The position numbers and the translations under genes were made by a program. Positions 10,314-20,121 of a stretch of 45,424 nucleotides of DNA are shown here, piece by piece. The notes beneath the pieces are model-generated. The model had not been told where the DNA came from, did not search any database, and saw only the letters and a list, made by a program, of their open reading frames with translations. Position 1 is the first letter of the stretch. Every line of letters begins with the position of its first letter. Source of the DNA: Limisphaerales bacterium (GTDB taxonomy: Bacteria; Verrucomicrobiota; Verrucomicrobiia; Limisphaerales; SIBE01); contig JBGAIN010000050.1 in the NCBI GenBank assembly GCA_044225505.1, positions 1 through 45,424 of the forward strand, given 5' to 3'.

Positions 10314-11705
10314 TCATGGTTTGGGCGCGGCTGGAATAGCGTTGGTTTGGGCGGTGGACTTGGTCGGAAACAATCGTGCCCGCACATCAGCCTCGATCTC
10401 GGGCAACGCGGCCATCTGGACGTTGGATTTTCCTCCGTGCTTATCGTTGTAGTATTCCCACACACGCCGCGCCAGCATCGCGTGGCCGTTGGCGTCGTCG
10501 TCCTGGCCGTAAAACCGCGACTGAAGGTAACGACCAATCAAACCTTCCAGCAGTGCGCGCATCTGGGAGGGATTTGCGCCTTGGATTGTTTCCGTCACCC
10601 CTGCGACAACGAATTCATCCAAGCCTTGCCCTGCGACGACGACATCGGTGAAATTCGTCCGTGCATAGTTGAACCAATAGGCGGCCTCGCTTTGCCGGTT
10701 GTTCGTGTAAAGATGGTAGATTGCACCTTTGAGAAAGTTCTTCTGCCCGCGCGAAATGTACTCGCGCTTATCCGGCTCAGCTTCTCTCATCTCCTCGTAC
10801 GTGGCATTGACCTTGGGAATCATTTCCAGGTTCGGCCCGAAATCAACTCGGTTCGTGCCGCGATGCTCGATGAGCCGCCCGCGAAGGTAAGAGCCTTGCA
10901 TGGTCTGCCACATCACGCGGCGCAACGAGAGCATGTCGAACGTGCTGCCCTTGCAACGGGACAATCCCAACGCCGCCCAATAAATCGCGTGCGACTCGGG
11001 CATACGCCAGTCGAGCGGCCCGTATTTCTCGTCCACCTGCTGCATGAACGCGGGATCGAGTTTGTATTTCTGTCGAAGAGTCGCAGCGCGGCGCCGGGTA
11101 TCCTCCGTCTGTGGATTGAGCAACTGGCTCGGAGTGGCATTGGTGCCGAGCACGTCATACATCTCAACGATCCACTGCTGTTTGTAGTGCTTATGAGCAG
11201 TGTCACTGTATTTGCCCATCTTGTCCTGGAAAATCCACGCCAACTCGCGATGTAACAACGGGTCACGCGGATTGTAACGCAGCCCTTCGTCGCGCAGCAT
11301 TTCCATGCCGCTGCGCACCCAGAGCCAGCGGTCCGACGGCTCGGTGTATTTCACGGAGATGTTCCATGCCATGTTCCACGCGCGCATGGCCCACACTTGC
11401 GAGAATTCTGGCTGCAACTTCGTAATCCAGTCGGACAGCGTGTAGAGTTCGAAATACTTTTCCTCCTGCTGCAGCTGATCGGCACGAATCCATAGCACGT
11501 TGGCCACGATGCCGCGAAATCCGCCGCCCACCGCCGTGACGAACGCCAGTAACGGCGGCGCATTCTGCAATTCCACCGGCAACGTGACCCCCAGTTCCGT
11601 GCGCTGCATTTGCAGGCCGCGCTGGGACAGGAACAGCACCGGCAACATCGCCAATGCCAGCAACGCTAGCAGCCACCTTTTGGCTTGGGGGAAAAGTGAG
11701 TTCAT
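10314..11705 (-). CDS. Membrane-anchored TPR-like protein of the PVC 'IRE'-annotated family (ABC module partner)
   Basis: N-terminal TM helix, then GGFRGIVANVLWIRA...ITKLQPEFSQVW...AWNMAWNISV...RWLWVRSGMEMLRDEGLRYNP. It overlaps the upstream permease (ATGA). Confidence 0.8.
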   Translation of the reverse strand: MNSLFPQAKRWLLALLALAMLPVLFLSQRGLQMQRTELGVTLPVELQNAPPLLAFVTAVGGGFRGIVANVLWIRADQLQQEEKYFELYTLSDWITKLQPEFSQVWAMRAWNMAWNISVKYTEPSDRWLWVRSGMEMLRDEGLRYNPRDPLLHRELAWIFQDKMGKYSDTAHKHYKQQWIVEMYDVLGTNATPSQLLNPQTEDTRRRAATLRQKYKLDPAFMQQVDEKYGPLDWRMPESHAIYWAALGLSRCKGSTFDMLSLRRVMWQTMQGSYLRGRLIEHRGTNRVDFGPNLEMIPKVNATYEEMREAEPDKREYISRGQKNFLKGAIYHLYTNNRQSEAAYWFNYARTNFTDVVVAGQGLDEFVVAGVTETIQGANPSQMRALLEGLIGRYLQSRFYGQDDDANGHAMLARRVWEYYNDKHGGKSNVQMAALPEIEADVRARLFPTKSTAQTNAIPAAPKP

Positions 11706-13090
11706 GCCGCCACCTGTTCCCGCGCCAGTTCACGCCATGTGAAAATGTAGATGCCGGCGACCGCCGTCAGTCCGCCGCCCAACAAAACGATTCGCGCCAC
11801 GGCATTCGCGAGTTGCGCCCAAGTAATCGTCCGTCCCTCGCTCAAGCGCTCAATCGGTGATATCGCCGCCAGGGCCTGAGTGAATCCGTGCAGTACCCGA
11901 TACACCGGCAATGCCACGCCATCCAACGCGCGCGAATTAACCACGCCGGTTTCGGGATCCACTCCCAGCAAGGTCCCGTCCTCCAGCACGCTGCCGAACG
12001 TGTTGCCTGAAAGCGCCGCCAACAAGAGCGTCATGGCAAACAGCGACGCGGTGATGAATGACAGGAAGGAGGCCGCCGCCAATCCCAACGCCGTTAGCAG
12101 GGCCAGCCAGCATGACACCACCAGCAATGCGCGCAGGTAATTTCCCGCGAAGCCGCCTTCCGGAAATAAAACCTCCATCCCATCCTCTATCGGAAACAGC
12201 AACGTGGCGACATCGCGATTCTCGCATTCGATGTGCAACATGCCGTTCGGCCCGATCAACCCTGGCGGAATCACAAACTCATGAAACCCCATGCTCGTGA
12301 GTTGTTTCGGAATGCGGGCGAACCGTCCCGACTCCACGTTGCCGATCACCCAGACGGTCTGGTAACTTATGTCTTGCTTCAGCGATGCCGTGTGAAATTT
12401 CACGCGCAGATGCATGGGCTGACCGGCGAGCCGGTCGCGATGCGCTGACAGGTCGACATCCCACATGCGGCGATAATTGGGCCCGACCGTCTCCTGTCGG
12501 GCGCGAAGTTGATCGCGGATTTCGCGGCGCACCATCGCGGGGTCGAAGTCGGCCAAATTTTCCTCCTGCAACCGCCGAGCGAAAACTCTCTCGACGTCAC
12601 CTTCCAGATCCACTGCCCGTTCACGCGCCGCGCCGCGAGCGACCAAAACCTCCCGCACCAGCAGTTGCTGCTGCTCCGGCGGGAGTTTGCGCGCCTGCCA
12701 TTGCAGCATGGCGTAGGCGATGCCGCCGGCGAGCGACAGCAGGACGAAGTTCAGCGTCATGATGCCCATCCAGCGACCCAGCCAGATTTGCCAGCGCGCC
12801 GCAGGCTTCACGGCAAGCAACTGAAGCTGTCCAGGATCGATGTCGGTCGCGTGAGTGCCGCAGGATATCCACAGGCTCGCGATCCCCAGCAATCCGACAC
12901 ACAGGTAAAGGCTGTAAGTCAACAAGACCTGCGTGAACATGCGCGCCGTGCCGTTGTGCTTAATGAAGAACGGCAGCGACAGCACGCAACCGAGCAGCAC
13001 CACGGCCAAGGCGATCACCACGCGCAACCGCAACGCCGCTTTGACGGTCAGCCACGCGACAGCAAACAGACGTTGGAGTATGGCGTTCAC
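11702..13090 (-). CDS. ABC-2-type permease with a large extracytoplasmic loop
   Basis: Three N-terminal TMs with the LLAVKPAARWQIWLGRWMG motif, a ~190-aa soluble insert and C-terminal TMs ending YIFTWRELA. Confidence 0.85.
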   Translation of the reverse strand: MNAILQRLFAVAWLTVKAALRLRVVIALAVVLLGCVLSLPFFIKHNGTARMFTQVLLTYSLYLCVGLLGIASLWISCGTHATDIDPGQLQLLAVKPAARWQIWLGRWMGIMTLNFVLLSLAGGIAYAMLQWQARKLPPEQQQLLVREVLVARGAARERAVDLEGDVERVFARRLQEENLADFDPAMVRREIRDQLRARQETVGPNYRRMWDVDLSAHRDRLAGQPMHLRVKFHTASLKQDISYQTVWVIGNVESGRFARIPKQLTSMGFHEFVIPPGLIGPNGMLHIECENRDVATLLFPIEDGMEVLFPEGGFAGNYLRALLVVSCWLALLTALGLAAASFLSFITASLFAMTLLLAALSGNTFGSVLEDGTLLGVDPETGVVNSRALDGVALPVYRVLHGFTQALAAISPIERLSEGRTITWAQLANAVARIVLLGGGLTAVAGIYIFTWRELAREQVAA

Positions 13091-14277
13091 GATTTTGGCG
13101 GATTTATCAACGACGATAGTTTCCCCTCTGCCTCTTTCAACGCTTCGGTGTCATCCACCGCCGGAGCGGGCGCGCTCTTTGGTGACGGTGCGGACACCGG
13201 CGCGTCTTGCGTCAGCTCCGCCAGCTTGCCTTCGTCGGGTCTAAGTTCAGCTGAAGTGGCGGCAACCGGTGGGAGAAACTTAGGCGCATGCTCCGTCAAT
13301 CGTTCCAACACCTTTTCCCCGGCGGACGGCGCGGGCTCGGTCGGTTGCAGATATGCCGCCACGCGATTTCCCGCTGTCGCGCCGGAAGTGTCTTGGGCAT
13401 TGGCGCGGGCGCGGTTCACGACGCTGATGAAAAAGCTTTCAAGGTTCTGCATGGGCGTTTCGACGCGCACCGCCTCCGGCGCGGCTTCGCGACGCATCAC
13501 CGCCAGCACTTCCTCGACGAGCGGGCGCGACAACGCAGGCGTGGTGAATCGCAAGGAATCCGGCTTGGCCAGCAACTCGCGCAACGGCCCGGACGATTGA
13601 ATCCGTCCGCCGTAATAGATCACCACGCGATCGCACACGTCCTCGACATCGGCCAGCAGATGGCTGCTCAGGATGATCGTCTTACCGCGGCGCGCGAGGG
13701 CTTGGAGGACATCTTTCACCTCGCGGCAGCCGACGGGATCGAGGCCCGCCGTCGGTTCGTCGAGGATGATCAATTCCGGATCGTTGATCAGGGCCTGCGC
13801 CAGACCGAGCCGGCGTTGCATGCCTTTGGAAAACTCTCCGACCCGGCGTGTGCCCGTCCCTTTCAATCCTACCATCGCAAGCAGCTGCTCCGTGCGCAAC
13901 CGCCGCTCCTCCGCACTCAAAGCGAATACACGCCCGTAGAAATTGAGAGTCTCCGCCGCTGTGAGGTAGCGGTAGAGATACGATTCCTCCGGCAGATAAC
14001 CGATGCGCTCCTTCGTGGCGATGTCGCGCGGCGAACGACCGAGCACCTCGACGTAACCGCTGCTTTGATACAGCAGCCCGAGCAGAATCTTGATGGTGGT
14101 GGACTTGCCCGAGCCATTCGGTCCGAGCAAACCGAAGACTTCGCCGCGGCGGATCTCAAAATCCACGCCATCCACCGCGCGGGCTTTGGGGCGTCCCCAA
14201 ATGTCTTTGAACACCTTGGTCACTCCGCGCACGACAACGACGTTGGCCGCATCTGTGCTTTGCGAATTTGAGCTCAT
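13087..14277 (-). CDS. ABC transporter ATP-binding protein with a C-terminal extension
   Basis: Walker A GPNGSGKS, signature FSKGMQRR, Walker B IILDEP and switch SSH, followed by a ~130-aa Pro/Ala-rich tail. Confidence 0.95.
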   Translation of the reverse strand: MSSNSQSTDAANVVVVRGVTKVFKDIWGRPKARAVDGVDFEIRRGEVFGLLGPNGSGKSTTIKILLGLLYQSSGYVEVLGRSPRDIATKERIGYLPEESYLYRYLTAAETLNFYGRVFALSAEERRLRTEQLLAMVGLKGTGTRRVGEFSKGMQRRLGLAQALINDPELIILDEPTAGLDPVGCREVKDVLQALARRGKTIILSSHLLADVEDVCDRVVIYYGGRIQSSGPLRELLAKPDSLRFTTPALSRPLVEEVLAVMRREAAPEAVRVETPMQNLESFFISVVNRARANAQDTSGATAGNRVAAYLQPTEPAPSAGEKVLERLTEHAPKFLPPVAATSAELRPDEGKLAELTQDAPVSAPSPKSAPAPAVDDTEALKEAEGKLSSLINPPKS

Positions 14278-16241
14278 GCGAGTTGCGGTTTCAATTCTCC
14301 ATCGGTCGGGGCAGACGCACTTTCGGGCGCGGGAATCACTTCGAGTTCCTCACCCTGACGCACGAGACGGGCGCTGTTGAAGACGACGAGCAACGAGCCG
14401 GCGTTGTGCAGGATCGCGGCGACAATCGGATTCAAGTAACCGAGCGTGGCGGCGGTCAGGCCGCCAATGATAAAGAAGACGCCGATGAGAAAATTCTGAT
14501 TGATGACCACGCGCGTCTGGCGCGAAAGCCGGACCAGAAACGGGAGCCGCCGCAGATCGTTGTTCATCAGCGCAATCGTCGCGCTGTGGATTGCCACTTC
14601 GCTCCCCGCCGCGCCCATCGCGATGCCGATGTCGCCGCTGGCCAAAGCCGGAGCGTCGTTCACACCGTCCCCGACGACTGCCACGCGATAGCCCCGTTCC
14701 TTCACCTTCTTCACGTAAGCCACCTTGTCCTGCGGCAAACAATCCGCTGCGACTTCCTCGCAACCGATTTCCTTCGCGACGCGCGCGGCCACCGGTTGCC
14801 GGTCGCCGGTGACCATCGCAATACGTTTGACTCCGGCGGCGTGCAATTCCTCCAATGCCGGCGCGGCCTCGGCGCGCCGTTGGTCCTGAAACCCGATCCA
14901 GCCGATGAACACGCCATCGCGCGCGACGAACAACACGCTGAATCCCTCTGCTTCGTCGAGATCAGCAGCCACCATCGAAGCTTCGGCGACGCCGTTGTCG
15001 CGCAACCATTGCGCCCGTCCTACCAATACGCGCGCGGCTTTCACCTGCGCCGCCACGCCGCGACCGGCAGTTTCCGCGAAGTCCTGCGGTTCAACCAAGG
15101 GAACGCTCGTCTCCGCTGCGACCGATTGCAGCGCCTTAGCCACGGGATGATTGCTGTATTTCTCTGCCGACGCCGCGAGTTGCAGCAGCACGGAAGCGCT
15201 CACTCCTGCGGCAGGAGCAAGGCGCGACACGGAGAGCTTTCCAGTTGTGAGCGTCCCGGTTTTGTCGAAGATGAAGGCATTGATCCGCGCAGCGAATTCA
15301 AGGTCGGCGATGTTCTTGATCAGAATGCCGAGCCGCGCTGCCGCTGAGAGCGCAGCTACCATGGCGCTGGGCGTGGCGAGTACAAAGGCGCAGGGACACG
15401 CCACGACCAGCACGGCGATCACACGGTTGAGATCATGTGTGAATACCCAGATCAAGGCGCCGAGCGTCAACACCAGTGGCGTGTAATAGCTCATGTATTG
15501 GTCCATCAACCGCATGATCGGGAGCTTGGTCTGCTCCGCGGCCAGAATGAGTTCACGCACGCGGCCCAGCGTCGTGTCCTGACCGGCGCGACTGACGCGC
15601 AGCTCCAGGACCCCTGTAAGATTGATCGTGCCGGCGAAGACTTCATCGCCCGGTTTGCGATCCACCGGCAACGATTCGCCCGTGATGCTCGCTTGATTGA
15701 TGCTGCCCATGCCCGATCTGATGACGCCGTCGGCGGGGATGTTGTCGCCGGGTCGCACGCGGACGATGTCGCCCACGGCGAGTTGATGCGTGGCGATTTC
15801 TTCTTCGTCCGTTGCCGTGACGCGTCGCGCTTTCGTGGGCGTGAGTTGAATCAGGGATTCAATGGAAGCCCGCGCACCTGCGGCAGTGCGGGTTTCGATA
15901 ATTTCGCCGATCAACATGAAGAACGAAACAACGCCGGCCGTTTTGTAATCACCCGTGGCGAACGAGGCGAGCACCGCCAGACTGACGAGTTCGTTGATGC
16001 TGACTCGGCCGTTGAACAAGTCACGCCCGGAAGTCAGGAGGATGGGCGAGGCCAGAATCAAAGCTCCGACGAAGGAACTGATGCCGGCGATGGCCGCTCC
16101 GCGCGGGAAGAACCATTCGACGAAATAGGCGTTTACGATGAACAGGACGCCGAACAAAGTCTGTTGCAGGCGCGCGGTGGATTCGCCGGGGACGGCGGAC
16201 GCGGTTTCGGTATCGCGATTCAGAAGCGTGGTGACTTGCAT
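14274..16241 (-). CDS. Heavy-metal P1B-type ATPase (copy 1)
   Basis: Motifs TGES, CPC, DKTGT, SNHP, GDGVNDAP and HNAGS in the last TM. No N-terminal metal-binding domain. The start MQVTT matches the paralog. Confidence 0.95.
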   Translation of the reverse strand: MQVTTLLNRDTETASAVPGESTARLQQTLFGVLFIVNAYFVEWFFPRGAAIAGISSFVGALILASPILLTSGRDLFNGRVSINELVSLAVLASFATGDYKTAGVVSFFMLIGEIIETRTAAGARASIESLIQLTPTKARRVTATDEEEIATHQLAVGDIVRVRPGDNIPADGVIRSGMGSINQASITGESLPVDRKPGDEVFAGTINLTGVLELRVSRAGQDTTLGRVRELILAAEQTKLPIMRLMDQYMSYYTPLVLTLGALIWVFTHDLNRVIAVLVVACPCAFVLATPSAMVAALSAAARLGILIKNIADLEFAARINAFIFDKTGTLTTGKLSVSRLAPAAGVSASVLLQLAASAEKYSNHPVAKALQSVAAETSVPLVEPQDFAETAGRGVAAQVKAARVLVGRAQWLRDNGVAEASMVAADLDEAEGFSVLFVARDGVFIGWIGFQDQRRAEAAPALEELHAAGVKRIAMVTGDRQPVAARVAKEIGCEEVAADCLPQDKVAYVKKVKERGYRVAVVGDGVNDAPALASGDIGIAMGAAGSEVAIHSATIALMNNDLRRLPFLVRLSRQTRVVINQNFLIGVFFIIGGLTAATLGYLNPIVAAILHNAGSLLVVFNSARLVRQGEELEVIPAPESASAPTDGELKPQLA

Positions 16242-16247
16242 GGGCAC

Positions 16248-17321
16248 TCAGGGATTGGCGACGGTGTTAGTCTTGGCGCGCGCGGGTTCGCGGTTGAGTT
16301 GCAGGCGCACCTGATGGGGGTGGCCGGGGTTTGCGCGCGGTAGTAGAAACGTGTCCTGCGCCCCGGCGACCACCGTTTCCATTGCTTCCGCCAACAGGCG
16401 GCGCTTAAACAACGTCGGCTCAGAGCGGTAGTGCGGCAGTTGATCGGTGAAATATTTCGCCTGACTGGCGACCGCCAGGACGAGCTTGTTACTCGCGGTG
16501 ATGCCTTCGTTCAATAGCGCCTGCGCCTGGCCGCCCGCCTTCAGGGTGACTTCGTTGGCGTAACCGCGTGCTTCGTTGATCTTCTGGCTCCTTTCCTGTT
16601 CCGCCCCGAGCACGGCTTCGAACGCTGCACGCACATCCACCGGCGCGACGACCTGCACTTCGAAGGGGTCGAGCGTGACACCGAGTTGATGCCGCGCGAT
16701 GCCCTCGCTAATCTCCGCCAATACGGCGTCGCGAAACACCAGCTTGTCGCGATAAATCGCAGACTCGGCGGTGACGCCTGAGGCGGCGTGAATCAACGCG
16801 CTGTTGAGCAGCGATTGAAGGACACTCGATGCGCTGCGAAACCGGAAGGCGTATTGCCACGAATTGCTGATGCGATACTTCAACGTGGCTCGCGCGTGGA
16901 AGATATTGCCATCGCCCGCCAGCAGATAACCATCCGCACCCGGCGTGAGCGTGCCGCGCGGAGGCGGTTCTTCGCCGCGTGCCTGTTGCTCGGGCGTCAC
17001 GGCATACCAGCCGATGGTCGAGGTAACCGTGTGACTCTCCCCGGCGGGTACGCGCACGATTTCGTCGACCGGATAAGGAAACGCCCAGTGCAAGCCGGGC
17101 TTCAACACCTGCGCCTCGCCCGTGCCGACCGGTTTGCCAAAGCGGAGCACGATGGCGACTTCGTTCGGTTCGACCGCGAAGACGCCGGAGAAAATGACGA
17201 CAAGTGCTACCAGCGCCATCAGCACCTTGAGGATCTGCAAGCTGCTGCGCAACGCGTCGTTCAACGCCCGTGAGCCGGCGTCTTCCTGCGGTGGAGCGGG
17301 AGGTTTGTCTGCAATGTTCAT
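16248..17321 (-). CDS. hflK: SPFH-domain protein, HflK-like
   Basis: TM, then SGVFAVEPNEVAIVLRFGK...PGLHWAFPYPVDE, and the coiled-coil PVDVRAAFEAVLGAEQERSQKINEARGYAN. Confidence 0.85.
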   Translation of the reverse strand: MNIADKPPAPPQEDAGSRALNDALRSSLQILKVLMALVALVVIFSGVFAVEPNEVAIVLRFGKPVGTGEAQVLKPGLHWAFPYPVDEIVRVPAGESHTVTSTIGWYAVTPEQQARGEEPPPRGTLTPGADGYLLAGDGNIFHARATLKYRISNSWQYAFRFRSASSVLQSLLNSALIHAASGVTAESAIYRDKLVFRDAVLAEISEGIARHQLGVTLDPFEVQVVAPVDVRAAFEAVLGAEQERSQKINEARGYANEVTLKAGGQAQALLNEGITASNKLVLAVASQAKYFTDQLPHYRSEPTLFKRRLLAEAMETVVAGAQDTFLLPRANPGHPHQVRLQLNREPARAKTNTVANP

Positions 17322-18247
17322 GGCTTTGGGACCGCGGGTGTCTGGGAGGTTGCGGTAGGATTCAACGCCTCGGCTTGGAGCAGATTGAACGGGGGCGTCT
17401 GCGGATCGAGCACGAGCGTACTGCGTTCCTTGAGGGAATTACCGAGCGCATTCAACTGAATGAGAAAGCTCGCGAGTTCTGGTTCTTGCTGGAACACGGC
17501 GAAGTTCTTCGCAGCTTCAGCTTCGGCCGCGCCGCGCAGTCTCATCGCCTCCGCGTCGGCGCCAGCGAGGGTTTCCTGCTTCACCCGATCGGCCTCGGCA
17601 CGGATGCGAATGGCCTCGGCCTCGCCTTCGCTTTGGAACTGTTTCACGAGCCGTTGCCGTTCCGCGCGCATTCGGTCGAACACCTTGCCAGTGATGCTTT
17701 CGGGTAGCCCCAGTTGCTTGACGCCGAGCATAGTGACGCGGATGCCGTAGTTCGTGGCGGTTTTGCTTTGCACGAGCGCGAGCATCTCGGCCTCGGCCTG
17801 CTGGAGTTTCACCCGCGATCTGTTGGTAGAGATCAACTCGCCGAACGCGTGATGACCGATCACGGCATTCTTCGCGTCGCGCACCACCCCTTCCAACGCT
17901 TGTTCAGCGCGGGTCATATCGCCTTGGGCAAACCGTTCGATGAACAGTCGCGGATCGGCGATCTGCCAGGCCGTGAACACGCTGACGATGAGGCTGCGAC
18001 CGTCCGCCGTAGTAGTCTGCTCGAACTTGCGCTCGAAGGTCTGCTGGCGATTGTCGAATGTGTAAACCTTGTTGGCAGGCCACGGCCAACGGAGATAAAG
18101 CCCGGGATCAGTAATGGCGCGATCAAAGCGTCCGAACGCGGTGACGACCGCCACTTCCGTCTGCCGCACCTGGAACAGGAAGAGCACGGAAACGAAGATG
18201 CCCAGAACGAGCGCGGCGATAATGACAGTGAGACGAAGTTTCTTCAT
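17318..18247 (-). CDS. hflC: SPFH-domain protein, HflC-like
   Basis: FQVRQTEVAVVTAFGRF...PGLYLRWPWP...FDNR, LGLPESITGKVFDRMRAER and SEGEAEAIRIRAEAD. Start taken at MKKLR (18247). Confidence 0.87.
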   Translation of the reverse strand: MKKLRLTVIIAALVLGIFVSVLFLFQVRQTEVAVVTAFGRFDRAITDPGLYLRWPWPANKVYTFDNRQQTFERKFEQTTTADGRSLIVSVFTAWQIADPRLFIERFAQGDMTRAEQALEGVVRDAKNAVIGHHAFGELISTNRSRVKLQQAEAEMLALVQSKTATNYGIRVTMLGVKQLGLPESITGKVFDRMRAERQRLVKQFQSEGEAEAIRIRAEADRVKQETLAGADAEAMRLRGAAEAEAAKNFAVFQQEPELASFLIQLNALGNSLKERSTLVLDPQTPPFNLLQAEALNPTATSQTPAVPKP

Positions 18248-18251
18248 GGGA

Positions 18252-20120
18252 TTATTGGCGGCCCGTCGGGGGCACTTGCACATCGAGCAGATCCGTGCGG
18301 AGTTTGTCCTCGAAATTGAGCCAGAACTGCTCCTGATTGTTGGTCGTGGTCAGAATGAATTTGCGGGGCAAGGCCAGTCCGGCCATGAGCATCTCGTGAT
18401 AATGCCACTGGTAATAGACCGCCGGGGCGGCATGGAACGCGGTGCGCTGGCTCTGAAACCGGTTCGCCTGCGCCTCGGCCTTGGCAACGCGCGTGGTTGC
18501 ATTAGCTCGCTGGGTCAACACCCTCCGCTCGCCTTCCGCCCGCGCCCGCGGCAACACCTCGGCGCGATACGCTTCGGCGTTCAGCACGCGCGTCTCGCGT
18601 TCCTGCGTGGCCGAGACGACCGCCTCATAAGCCTCCGCGATTTGTACCGGCGGATGCACATCCTGCAGACCGACGAACATGACCTCCACACCGAGGTTTT
18701 GGGCGTCGGCCTGTTGCTGGATCAACGTGCGCAACTCCGTGGCGGCCTGCTGCCGACCGGAAGCCATCACGTCCTCCAGATCCACGCTGACGAGATAACG
18801 GGTGACCTCGCGTGTCGCGAGCAACGGCAGCATCCGCTCGCCCGCCGCGAACGATCGTGCCCAAGCGAGCAGATTCGTCACACGATACTGGACGGGAATA
18901 CTCACCGTCAGCAGGTTCACCGGCACGGCTTGCTCAACCTCGTTCGTTGCGCCGTCCCCGGCTTCGCGACTGGCGACGAGCAGGTTGAACTCCTCTTTGT
19001 AATGCGCGCGCGTCCAGAGCAGCGTATTTTCCTTCTCCAGCTTCGGGTCGGGCACGAAGCCGACATTGAAGCTGAGCACTTCGGCGGTCGGATAAACGTG
19101 TGCGCGATCAATCGGCCACGGCCATTTGAAATGCAGCCCGGGGGCGAGCACGGGACGCGATTGCACCGGGCGACCGAAGCGTTCGAGCAATGCCTCTTCG
19201 TGGGGTTCGAGGATGACGGTGGTTGAGGATAGCCAGACGAGGAGCAGTTGCACCAAGACTAGCCCGGCAATCGCCTGTTGCAGGTAGCGATAGAACCACG
19301 TCTCGGAAACCTTGAACCCGAATTGGTAATCAAGCGTTTGCGCCGCCGTGCGAACCAATCCTTCCGGCTGGCTCAACAACCCGAGCACACGGCTCTCGTA
19401 AACCGGCTGCGCCTGCTTGCCCTTGACGCGCGGCCGATAGATCTCCAGCACGAGATTTGCCGCCGTTTCCACCGCGACCAGCGCAAGCAATGCAACCAAT
19501 CCGCGCGCAATCCAAAGGTCGGCGCGCGGCACATTGAAGTAATTTGCCGCTGCCGCACCCGCCACGAGCGCAGACAACATCGCGCCCAGTAACAGATAGC
19601 TCGCCGGAGGCCGGGCCAGACGATGGCCTTCGTGTCGCGCCAGACCGGCGGCGTATTTGCCGAGCACGAAGAACAGCAACGCCTGCAAACTGAACCACGC
19701 GAGCACGAGCATGGTTTTGCCGGGGAATGGCGGTGTGGCCGTACCGAGCTGCCGGTAAAACCACCAGGTCAGAAATCCTTCCGCCACGAAGAGCAGCGCG
19801 GTCAGCCCGGGAATGAAGAACCGTTCGAAATGTTCCCGCGTGCGCCCGGCCCGCAGGTTCTCCGGCTTTGCCTGGAACAAAGCGCCGCCGTTCGCGGCGC
19901 TTTGCAGTTCTTCGAACTCGCGACGCTCGCGCACTTCACGGTCGCGCAGCCAGAGTTGAATCGTGCTGAACGCGGCGATCACCGTGCCGATGACCGCAAA
20001 GACGGCGGCCACCTGCCCGGACAGCGTCGCGCCTGCGCGCGCCACGCACCACGCGGCCACAGCCCCGATTAGCAGCGCGGACAGGTTCACGAAGGAGTGG
20101 GATGAGGAGGATGTTTCCAT
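18252..20120 (-). CDS. Polytopic membrane protein fused to an HflK-like SPFH domain
   Basis: About 7 hydrophobic segments in the first ~295 aa, then ILEPHEEALLERFGRP...PGLHFKWPWPID...LQDVHPP...AYEAVVSA. Confidence 0.85.
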   Translation of the reverse strand: METSSSSHSFVNLSALLIGAVAAWCVARAGATLSGQVAAVFAVIGTVIAAFSTIQLWLRDREVRERREFEELQSAANGGALFQAKPENLRAGRTREHFERFFIPGLTALLFVAEGFLTWWFYRQLGTATPPFPGKTMLVLAWFSLQALLFFVLGKYAAGLARHEGHRLARPPASYLLLGAMLSALVAGAAAANYFNVPRADLWIARGLVALLALVAVETAANLVLEIYRPRVKGKQAQPVYESRVLGLLSQPEGLVRTAAQTLDYQFGFKVSETWFYRYLQQAIAGLVLVQLLLVWLSSTTVILEPHEEALLERFGRPVQSRPVLAPGLHFKWPWPIDRAHVYPTAEVLSFNVGFVPDPKLEKENTLLWTRAHYKEEFNLLVASREAGDGATNEVEQAVPVNLLTVSIPVQYRVTNLLAWARSFAAGERMLPLLATREVTRYLVSVDLEDVMASGRQQAATELRTLIQQQADAQNLGVEVMFVGLQDVHPPVQIAEAYEAVVSATQERETRVLNAEAYRAEVLPRARAEGERRVLTQRANATTRVAKAEAQANRFQSQRTAFHAAPAVYYQWHYHEMLMAGLALPRKFILTTTNNQEQFWLNFEDKLRTDLLDVQVPPTGRQ

Positions 20121-20121
20121 T

